DNA of 16,170 nucleotides. Origin: an uncultured Chloroflexia bacterium. Lineage in GTDB: Bacteria > Chloroflexota > Anaerolineae > JAAYZQ01. Numbering within the stretch: the stretch's first letter is position 1; each line of letters begins with the position of its first letter. The stretch is from positions 1 through 16,170 of the forward strand of contig CAVOXA010000019.1 of the NCBI GenBank assembly GCA_963700285.1, read 5' to 3'. The notes below the pieces were generated by a model, which was not told the DNA's origin, did no database searches, and worked only from the letters and a program-made list of their open reading frames with translations. Positions 9,600 through 16,057 of the stretch are shown in pieces. Position numbers and translations under genes: made by a program.

Positions 9600-11488
9600 A
9601 AGGCCGCCTCCAGGGTGACGGCCCGCGACTCGACGCGCTGCTGGGCGTGGAAAATGCGCGCATAGAGGCCGCCCTCTGCCAGCAGGGCCGCGTGAGTGCC
9701 CTGTTGGCTGATCTGCCCCCGGTCGAGCACCACGACCAGGTCGGCCAGCGGGAACGCGGCCAGACGGTGAGAAAAGAACACCACCGTCGCTTGCTGGGCC
9801 AGCGGCGCTGCCGGGCCAAAGGCCTGGCGCAGCCCGGCGATGATCTGGGCTTCGGTGTCCACGTCCACCGACGAAAAGGGATCGTCCAGCACCAACAGAC
9901 CGGGCTTGGCCGCAAAGGCCCGGGCCAGCGCGATGCGCTGCCGCTGCCCGCCAGACAGGCGAACGCCGCGTTCTCCAATCTCGGTGTCCAGCCCGTTCGG
10001 AAAGGTGGGCACGTCATCGTGCAGCGCCGCCAGCCGGACAAGCTGCTCCGGGCTGTCTGATTCTGCCAACGCCGCGCTCGACCGGTTGAGCCACAGGTTC
10101 TGGAGGATGGTGCCCGAGAAGAGAACCGGGTTCTGGGGCAGGTAGCCGATGCGCGCTGCGCGTTCAGCCTTGGACAGGGTGCCCAGGGGACGGCCGTCCA
10201 GCAGCACGCAACCGGCTCCCAGTGGATAGAGGCCCAGCAGCGCCCGGGCCAGCGCGCTCTTGCCCGAGCCAACCGGCCCGGTGACGGCCACAAAGGCCCC
10301 GGGCGGGATCTCCAGGTTCAGGCTGTCCAACGCCAGGGCCTCGTTGCCGGGGAAGCAAAAGCAGAGATCCTGGATCGAGACCGCCAGCGGGCCCGGCGGG
10401 CGGGCAGGCAGGTGCGGCACCGGCTGGCGGATGCCGGGCACGTGGTTGGGCCAGAGGGTTGAGAGCACAGTGAGGGGCTCGGAAGCGGGTGGGGCCAGCA
10501 GCGGTTCCAGCCGGGCATAGGCCGCCGCGCCACTCTGCACCGAATTGAACAACTGGGGCACGCGATGTCCACGCTCCACGAAACGGGTGTACAGGTCCAG
10601 ATAGGCGATGAAGGCCCCCAAGGTCATCGCCCCCGCGACCACGCGGGCGCCGGCCAGCCAGATCACGAGCACGATGCCCGACATCATCAGCAGGCGATAG
10701 ACCGGCTGCAAGCCGGCGTGCAGGCGAATGGCGGCCAGGTTGGCCTCGGCCAGCCGCTCTGACAGGACCGCCGCCCCGGCGACTGTGGCCTCGATGCGGC
10801 CAAAGAGGCGCACCACGCGCAGGCCCGCCAGGTGCTCCTGCAAGAACGCCGTCAGGTCCGCGCTGGCCTCCCGCGCCGACGTGGTGCGCGCGCTGACCCA
10901 ACGTCCTGAGGCCTTGGCCAGCAGCATGCCCAGCGGCACCGGCAGCAGCACCAGCAGGGTCAAGCCGGCATCGTACAACATCATGGCCGCGATCAACGAG
11001 ATCGAAAAGAGCACCGTGTCCCACGTCTCGGTCGTCAGCTCCTGCACCCCACGCCCGAACACCTCTACATCGCCAATGATGCGCGCCATCAGGTCGCCGA
11101 TGGGGGTCTGGCCCAGCCTTTCCATGGGCCAATCCAGCACCCCGCGCAGGGCATCGGCGCGGACGCTGGCCATGATCCGCTGGTTGGCGATGCGCAGCCC
11201 CCAGCGTTTCACCAGGCGCGCGCCCTGATAGAGGGCCATCGCGGCGACGTAGGCCAGCCCCGCCCGCCACACTTCCTCGCTCGTGGCCTGCCCTTGGCTC
11301 CAGGCGGTCGCCGCGTCAATGGCCCGGCCGAGCAGGATCGCCGGCAGCACCACGACGGTGTTCATCACCAGCCCGCCCAGCGAGCCGATCGCCAGCAGCC
11401 CGGCAACCTGCTTCAGATAAGGCACGATGGCCTTCAGGAACTGTCGCGCCAACGCCCGTCCTTGGTTGTGTTTGTCAGGCAGGTACAC
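9596..11488 (-). CDS. ABC exporter half-transporter (TMD+NBD), first subunit
   Basis: N-terminal TM domain with IGDLMARI; Walker A GPVGSGKS, LSGGQRQRIALAR, Walker B VLDDPFSSVD, SHRL. Start codon uncertain. Confidence 0.92.
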   Translation of the reverse strand: MYLPDKHNQGRALARQFLKAIVPYLKQVAGLLAIGSLGGLVMNTVVVLPAILLGRAIDAATAWSQGQATSEEVWRAGLAYVAAMALYQGARLVKRWGLRIANQRIMASVRADALRGVLDWPMERLGQTPIGDLMARIIGDVEVFGRGVQELTTETWDTVLFSISLIAAMMLYDAGLTLLVLLPVPLGMLLAKASGRWVSARTTSAREASADLTAFLQEHLAGLRVVRLFGRIEATVAGAAVLSERLAEANLAAIRLHAGLQPVYRLLMMSGIVLVIWLAGARVVAGAMTLGAFIAYLDLYTRFVERGHRVPQLFNSVQSGAAAYARLEPLLAPPASEPLTVLSTLWPNHVPGIRQPVPHLPARPPGPLAVSIQDLCFCFPGNEALALDSLNLEIPPGAFVAVTGPVGSGKSALARALLGLYPLGAGCVLLDGRPLGTLSKAERAARIGYLPQNPVLFSGTILQNLWLNRSSAALAESDSPEQLVRLAALHDDVPTFPNGLDTEIGERGVRLSGGQRQRIALARAFAAKPGLLVLDDPFSSVDVDTEAQIIAGLRQAFGPAAPLAQQATVVFFSHRLAAFPLADLVVVLDRGQISQQGTHAALLAEGGLYARIFHAQQRVESRAVTLEAAL

Positions 11489-11566
11489 TCGCTTCGCCTT
11501 ACGCCCGGCCCGCGCCCGCCGGCTTCAGCGAAATGGATACGCCATCGGCAGGTGACTACCCTCAGC

Positions 11567-11680
11567 TCACCGCAAAGACGCAAAGGACCCTTCGAAAGAC
11601 TCAGGGCAGGCTGCAAAGAAAGACAAGAACACAGAAACATTTTCGTTCGCCGGCTGGCCGTCTACGTCTTGCAGCTACGG
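11567..11680. repeat. TCACCGC-AAAG palindrome family, copy B, with a nested CCTTCG..CTCAGG repeat
   Basis: tcaccgcaaagacgcaaagga[cccttcgaaagactcagggcaggc 11588-11611]tgcaaagaaagacaag; degenerate right arm cgttcgccggctggccgtctacgtcttgc. Confidence 0.75.
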
Positions 11681-11756
11681 GTAGGTTAGGGGCTGGCCTG
11701 CGTGGCTGTCTCGACGGCCCGCGGGTGGAACCCCATCTGTGACAGGCAGAAAGGGG

Positions 11757-12151
11757 TCAGGGCGGCGAGGCAGCGCAGAATCCAAGGCTCAAATCGCGAA
11801 GGTTGATGATAGCTCCTGCTTGCAGGAGAAAGTCCATTCCCAGGATGCCCTGGATCTCAAACCCATAATCCATGCGCCGACTTCTATCTCAAAATTACGG
11901 ACTTGATGCTGGCCAATGCGTATCTGTGCAATCCGGCGGGTGAATACGGTGTCGATCCCGCCGACGCCCCGGATGGTATAGAGGGTGTCGGATGGCTCTG
12001 GCACGATTCCTATCCGGACGACCTGATCGGCGGACAGGATCGTAGTCGCTGAACCGGTGTCCAGCAGCACGTCAGGGATTTCGATCTCGGCATCCCGGTA
12101 GGAGGCCGTTATCCGGACGAAGGGCAGGTCATCCTTCAGCGAAAGCCGCAT
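11757..12151 (-). CDS. retropepsin-like (clan AA) aspartyl protease, 1-nt frameshift near 11874
   Basis: LLDTGSATT catalytic motif and flap IRGVGG. The expected C-terminus MDYGFEIQGILGMDFLLQAGAIINL lies in the adjacent frame from 11873 to TGA at 11757. Confidence 0.85.
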
Positions 12152-12407
12152 CAGCCCTCCGGACCCCAATCCATCGTCGCTCGCGGATCTCCAGATCCTC
12201 ACGGCTGGTGTGCACAAAGTAGAACTCGCGCGCAGGATATTCCCGGTGCAACCGCTGATAGCTCTGCATCGCAGCAGCGCCATCAGCACAGGTCTCGATG
12301 ACCGCAATACGATCCAACAATCGCTGACTGCCCTGCGTGTGGGCAACCAGAGCCTCAACAACGAGCCATTGATCGGGATATGCCTCACGAACGGTTGACC
12401 AGATCAT
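12129..12407 (-). CDS. small 92-aa protein (DUF5678-like), partner of the aspartyl protease
   Basis: GAGGAGG RBS at 12413-12419, ATG at 12407; MIWSTVREAYPDQWLVVE...YFVHT; overlaps the protease start by 23 nt. Family call is from recalled motif resemblance. Confidence 0.75.
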   Translation of the reverse strand: MIWSTVREAYPDQWLVVEALVAHTQGSQRLLDRIAVIETCADGAAAMQSYQRLHREYPAREFYFVHTSREDLEIRERRWIGVRRADAAFAEG

Positions 12408-12472
12408 GCTCGCCTCCTCACCCATCTACCTGCTGGCGTTTGCCCTCAAGCGACTCAGGGTGTCTGATTCCC

Positions 12473-12501
12473 ATTTTACCTCAGGACCCCGGAAGATGCA
12501 A
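12473..12501 (-). promoter_or_regulatory. sigma70-type promoter of the small-protein/protease operon
   Basis: Minus strand TTGCAT (12501-12496), 17 bp, TAAAAT (12478-12473). Confidence 0.65.
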
Positions 12502-12561
12502 GCTCGTTGGACCTCAGCCGAGAGCGATTGCCAATATCGCAGGTAGGTGATTGTGGACAGC

Positions 12562-12652
12562 TCACCGTAAAGCCGCTGCCGACCCAGAGTCGGGGCCGCA
12601 AAGAAAGACAAGATTTTCTTTGGTTTTCTTTGCGTTCTTTGCCTTTGCGGCA
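12562..12652. repeat. TCACCGC-AAAG palindrome family, copy C (both arms, hairpin insert in the left arm)
   Basis: tcaccgtaaagccgctg[ccgacccagagtcgg]ggccgcaaagaaagac...ttttctttgcgttctttgcctttgcggca. The following A-run reads as a T-run upstream of the stem on the vapC strand; the element starts 11 bp after the vapC stop. Confidence 0.8.
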
Positions 12653-12663
12653 AAAAAAAGAAA

Positions 12664-13101
12664 TCACCCCGGCCACTCCCCCAGCCAGCGCACATCCAGG
12701 CCCGTACCATCCAAACGCCGCACCAGCGCCTCGTCGGCTGTGACCAGCGGCAGCGACAGCTCCTGAGCCAGCGCCACATAGGCCGCGTCATAGGCCGTCG
12801 CGTCATGCTCCAGGGCCAGCGCCAACGCGGCCTCCGCCAGATCGGCTGTCGAGACAGCCCGCAGCGGCAGCCGGACCAGGTCGGCCACGTCCTGCCGCGC
12901 CGCTTCCGGCGAGTACCCAAAGCGGCGTACATACTTACACAGAATATTGGTGCACTCGACGTAGAAAAGGTCGGGCACGTAAAGGCGCGCCGGCGGGGTG
13001 AGGGCCAGGGAGGCAAAAAGGACGTCCGCCCGATCAGCCAGCGGCTCCACCAGGAAAAGCTTGATGCCGACGCTGGCATCTACCACGTAGTCGAAGCTCA
13101 T
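12664..13101 (-). CDS. vapC: VapC-family PIN-domain toxin
   Basis: VVDASV, YVECTN, TAYDAAYVALA and LVTAD give the PIN acidic residues; ATG 13101 overlaps the antitoxin stop (ATGA), so the ORF-track start at 13257 is too long. Confidence 0.93.
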   Translation of the reverse strand: MSFDYVVDASVGIKLFLVEPLADRADVLFASLALTPPARLYVPDLFYVECTNILCKYVRRFGYSPEAARQDVADLVRLPLRAVSTADLAEAALALALEHDATAYDAAYVALAQELSLPLVTADEALVRRLDGTGLDVRWLGEWPG

Positions 13102-13367
13102 TGGCCCGATTCGTCGTTCAGGACCGATCGGTCCCGGTCCTGGCGCAGCAGCGTCGTACTGTCGGGCGCCCCAGCGGTTGCAGGGTTGAACGAGCGACGC
13201 TGGCGGATGGAGGTCAGGGTCAGCTCCGAAGTACGCTCCGCTTCCGCCACGGCCCATTCAAGCAGGGTGATGATCTCGGCACTGAGCGAGCGCCGCTGGC
13301 TTTCGGCGCGGCGTTGCAGATCTCCGTACAACGTTTCGGGTACGTTTCTCACGTGCAAGATAGGCAT
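13098..13367 (-). CDS. FitA/Arc-like ribbon-helix-helix antitoxin
   Basis: MPILHVRNVPETLYGDLQRRAESQRRSLSAEIITLL is a typical FitA-like RHH; GGAGGTG RBS at 13374-13380; lies directly upstream of the PIN toxin. Confidence 0.9.
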   Translation of the reverse strand: MPILHVRNVPETLYGDLQRRAESQRRSLSAEIITLLEWAVAEAERTSELTLTSIRQRRSFNPATAGAPDSTTLLRQDRDRSVLNDESGQ

Positions 13368-13394
13368 GGCCTTCACCTCCGGCGAATTGCCCCC

Positions 13395-13426
13395 ATTGTA
13401 CCACACTTGGTTGCACAATGCAACCA
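13395..13426 (-). promoter_or_regulatory. TA promoter with palindromic operator
   Basis: Minus strand TTGCAT (13423-13418), 17 bp, TG-n-TACAAT (13400-13395); perfect inverted repeat TGGTTGCA-caa-TGCAACCA (13408-13426) covers the -35 box. Confidence 0.8.
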
Positions 13427-13499
13427 CGCCCCTTGACGAACCCCTACACCATGGCTCAACCGGCTGGGGATCGGGGAAGCAACAGAACCAGGGAAAAAG

Positions 13500-13527
13500 C
13501 TTGGCGTCCTTGGCGTCTTGGCGGCGA
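13500..13527. repeat. TCACCGC-AAAG palindrome family, copy D (right arm)
   Basis: cttggcgtccttggcgtcttggcggcga matches the right arm of copy G (cttggcatcctttgcgtcctggcggtga). Confidence 0.7.
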
Positions 13528-13752
13528 AGGTCTTTCAGCGGATTCTGGGAAGGGATTGACCAGATAGGGCCCCTTCTACTGTGCCACTCTGCCACTCTCC
13601 CGGTGTGTGTCCCTGGCGTCCAGGATCCCCGTTGGGGAATCTGTGCCGCAGCAAGGGGGCGGCGGCTACCTCAATATGACAGCGAATCTGGAGGATACAC
13701 CGAATCAGTTGGCAGCAGGAGGGTACAGGCTAGTACCTCTGTTGGACAGGTA

Positions 13753-14931
13753 CTAGGCGGCACTGTCCTCCACGGAAGTACCCGGCTCGGCCAGGGACTC
13801 TGCAGAAGCGAGGGTCCAGCGCTTGTTGGGATCACGGACGCTGTTGCCGATATCCATGATCCTGCTAGCGAGGAGCTTGCGGGCACGGTAGAGGGTACGC
13901 TGGGGGAAGCCCTCTTCGATGGCGGCCTGGATGACGTCACGGGGCTTGACGGGCTGCCCGGCGGCGGCGAGGAACTGGAGCAGCCACTCCGCGCAGAGGT
14001 CTAACTGGGCCGGCGGGGAGGGAGGATCGACCCATTCAGAATAGTGCAGGGTAGGGACGGCAACGGCGTCGCCCTGGAAGCGAAGCGCAAGGGGAGGCGG
14101 GTGGCGGCAGAGGTTGGTTTTTACGACTTGGAGGCGGCGGGTGACGGAGAGAGGGGGTGAGGGGGAGAGGGGGAGAGAGGGAGATGCTTCGGGTGATCCT
14201 TCGGCAGGTCCCTCAAGGGCTGGGGATGAACTCAGGACAGGCCCTTCGATAGCTCCCTCATGGGCTCGGGATAAACTTAGGGCGAGGACGGAGCGGGCGG
14301 CGGCACTGATGTGGGAGGAACCGCGGAGGTCATCAATGGCGACCTGGGAGTTAGAGGCGGGCAGGCCAGAACGAACGCGCTTGCGCAGGTGGTGGATGAC
14401 GAGGAGGGCAATGTGGGCCTGGCGGGCCATGCCAGAGAGGGCACCCAGGATGTCGCGGGCGCCCTGGAGGCTGGTCTCGCCACGGCTGGTGGCGGCGGCC
14501 AGAGAGTCGACAACAACGAGGGCGGGGCGGATGTTGCCGATCATGCGGCCGAGCTGGATCAACTGCTTTCCCTGGGAAAGATCGATGAAGCCGGTACGGT
14601 CGGGTGAGAGCATGAGGTAGAGGTGGCTGCTGTCGAGGCCCCAGGCCTGGGCGCGCCAGTTGAGCAGGGCGGGCGCGCCCTCGGCATCGACGATGAGCAC
14701 ATTGCTGCCGGGCTGGAGTACGGGCGCGCCGTCGGGAAAGGGCTCTCCGTGGATGAGGCGGCGGGCGAGGTCGAGGGCGACGAAGGATTTGCCCACGCCG
14801 GGCGCGGCGCCCAGAAGGGTGAGCATGCCGCGGGGGATCCAGGAGGGCCAAAGCCAGTCGACAGGTGGGAACCTGCCGGATAGGTCGTGGAGGGAGGGGT
14901 AGCGGATGTGCCGGTAGGGCTCCAGGGGCAT
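13753..14931 (-). CDS. RepA-like (AAA_25, RecA-fold) ATPase/helicase with probable C-terminal winged helix
   Basis: WLWPSWIPRGMLTLLGAAPGVGKS (Walker A), LVVVDSL (Walker B), LVIHHLRK, DLRGSS, VVKTNL; C-terminal AEWLLQFL...VIQAAIEEGFPQRTLYRAR; AAAGGA RBS at 14941-14946. Confidence 0.88.
   Translation of the reverse strand: MPLEPYRHIRYPSLHDLSGRFPPVDWLWPSWIPRGMLTLLGAAPGVGKSFVALDLARRLIHGEPFPDGAPVLQPGSNVLIVDAEGAPALLNWRAQAWGLDSSHLYLMLSPDRTGFIDLSQGKQLIQLGRMIGNIRPALVVVDSLAAATSRGETSLQGARDILGALSGMARQAHIALLVIHHLRKRVRSGLPASNSQVAIDDLRGSSHISAAARSVLALSLSRAHEGAIEGPVLSSSPALEGPAEGSPEASPSLPLSPSPPLSVTRRLQVVKTNLCRHPPPLALRFQGDAVAVPTLHYSEWVDPPSPPAQLDLCAEWLLQFLAAAGQPVKPRDVIQAAIEEGFPQRTLYRARKLLASRIMDIGNSVRDPNKRWTLASAESLAEPGTSVEDSAA
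14146..14255. repeat. repeat-derived in-frame insert in the ATPase gene (GAGAGGGG 8-mers plus CCTTCG..CTCAGG pieces)
   Basis: gagagggg gtgagggg gagagggg gagagagg, then ccttcggcagg...ctcaggacaggcccttcgat; encodes EGPVLSSS...PAEGSPEASPSLPLSPSPPLS. Confidence 0.6.
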
Positions 14932-14958
14932 GGCGGCAGTTCCTTTCTTGACATGAAT

Positions 14959-14972
14959 CGAACAAATGTTCT
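14959..14972. promoter_or_regulatory. LexA (Cheo-type) SOS box
   Basis: CGAAC-AAAT-GTTCT matches GAAC-N4-GTTC and lies between the -10 box and the RBS of the ATPase gene. Confidence 0.8.
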
Positions 14973-14978
14973 GGAGAT

Positions 14979-15007
14979 ATTATAGCATAGTTTGGGGGAT
15001 TGGTGAA
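14979..15007 (-). promoter_or_regulatory. extended -10 promoter of the ATPase gene
   Basis: Minus strand TTCACC (15007-15002), 17 bp, TG-C-TATAAT (14987-14979). Confidence 0.75.
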
Positions 15008-15046
15008 ATCGCCGGTGTGAGAAGTATCAAGACTGTCTGATTGATC

Positions 15047-15086
15047 TCACCGCAGAGGAGAATGCACCGCCGTGAACAGGCGGTGC
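15047..15086. repeat. partial TCACCGCAGAG arm followed by a GC-rich hairpin
   Basis: tcaccgcagag at 15047-15057; gcaccgcc-gtgaaca-ggcggtgc 8-bp stem at 15064-15086. Confidence 0.5.
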
Positions 15087-15135
15087 TGGGGAGATTTCTA
15101 TCGATTTCAATTCCTAGCACCGGCTCTTTCAGGTC

Positions 15136-15232
15136 TCACCGCGAAGGCGAAGGACGCAAACAAAGACAAACACATCTTTTTGGGGTTTTCTTGGCGTTCA
15201 CCGACTGCCAGCCGGCTGCGTCTTTGCGGTGA
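15136..15232. repeat. TCACCGC-AAAG palindrome family, copy E (complete, hairpin insert in the right arm)
   Basis: TCACCGC(15136)...GCGGTGA(15232) termini; insert accgactgccagccggc at 15200-15216. Confidence 0.85.
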
Positions 15233-15378
15233 AGATTGAGGCGTCGCTGAAGGTCAAAACCGCCAGGAGCCCCCTGTCTCTGTTGCCCCGGAGACAGTGG
15301 GCCTGGTCGCGGACGCCGGGGACGGATCGCTGGCTGCTGCTGGTCCAGCCTATTCTGGGGGCAGGTCCTTCGAGAAAC

Positions 15379-15621
15379 TCAAGATTCTACCACACTGCGT
15401 CGATCTGTCTGTGGGATTCGGGCAAGTTGCATCACCAGTCGCAGCGCCTCATTCACAGCGCTCTCATCAGGAAACACAGCGGCCACATCGGGGGCCAACA
15501 AGACCAGGTTCGTACCCTCCCTGTGGCGGTCCGCATGCTTGCCTCGCACCCCTCCCCTGAGCAATTCGGACAGCTCGTATTCAGGTCGAAGCTCGTCATC
15601 CATTCCAGTCTGCACCTTCAT
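15379..15621 (-). CDS. brnA: BrnA-like antitoxin
   Basis: DELRPEYEL...GVRGKHA...VLLAPDVAAVFPDESAVNEALR pattern of BrnT-associated antitoxins; overlaps the brnT 3' end; alternative start ATG 15603. Confidence 0.8.
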   Translation of the reverse strand: MKVQTGMDDELRPEYELSELLRGGVRGKHADRHREGTNLVLLAPDVAAVFPDESAVNEALRLVMQLARIPQTDRRSVVES

Positions 15622-15761
15622 ATTGCCTTCTTTCCCTCGGCGTCAGTTCCCGGGCACTGATGATCCGAATGGAGTCACCTCGCTCCGAATGAAATGGCCA
15701 CACCATGTTTTCGAAGGTTTCGCGCAGCCTTGTTTGGATCCCACTCAAAATCGATGCCCAC
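15596..15761 (-). pseudogene. brnT: BrnT-family toxin with internal deletion and frameshift
   Basis: GTG 15761 opens GIDFEWDPNKAARNLRKHGV (BrnT N-terminus); near 15695 this joins, out of frame, FHSERGDSIRIISARELTPRERRQYE (BrnT C-terminus). The central part is missing. Confidence 0.88.
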
Positions 15762-15791
15762 AGTGCAACCGCACCCTCCAATGGTGTGGGG

Positions 15792-15820
15792 ATTGTATCG
15801 TGAAATGATTGGCAAGTCAA
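15792..15820 (-). promoter_or_regulatory. sigma70-type promoter of brnT-brnA
   Basis: Minus strand TTGACT (15820-15815), 17 bp, TACAAT (15797-15792); GGAGG at 15779-15775. Confidence 0.75.
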
Positions 15821-15880
15821 CTACGAGAGTAAGTACTTGCGGACGAAAGATGACTCGAAGAATTGCAGGAGCAAAACAAG

Positions 15881-15923
15881 CTTGGCGCCCACCGACTTCC
15901 AGCCGGCTGCGTCCTTGCGGTCA
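15881..15923. repeat. TCACCGC-AAAG palindrome family, copy F (right arm with hairpin insert)
   Basis: cttggcgcccaccgacttccagccggctgcgtccttgcggtca. Confidence 0.85.
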
Positions 15924-15960
15924 AGATCGGCCAACGGATTCTGGCAACCGATCCTTCATC

Positions 15961-16038
15961 TCACCGCCAAGGCGCAAAGAACGCGAAGGAAGACCATTGT
16001 TTTCGGTTTTCTTGGCATCCTTTGCGTCCTGGCGGTGA
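15961..16038. repeat. TCACCGC-AAAG palindrome family, copy G (complete, uninterrupted)
   Basis: tcaccgccaaggcgcaaagaacgcgaagga...ttcttggcatcctttgcgtcctggcggtga forms an imperfect stem of about 30 bp with a perfect outer 9 bp. Confidence 0.88.
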
Positions 16039-16057
16039 AAGTATTTCGTTTTTGCTT

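Noticed and set aside
11789-12388. 199-aa protease as given in the ORF track
   Set aside because: The N-terminal extension overlaps the partner gene and the C-terminus is post-frameshift sequence; the real gene spans 12151-11757.
12805-14004. 399-aa + strand ORF
   Set aside because: Antisense to vapC, the antitoxin, their promoter and the ATPase end; no recognisable motifs.
13753-14931. Prophage or plasmid
   Set aside because: No integrase, structural, partition or other replication genes nearby.
14948-14984. + strand promoter using TTGACA at 14948
   Set aside because: No -10 box at 16-18 bp spacing and no + strand gene downstream.
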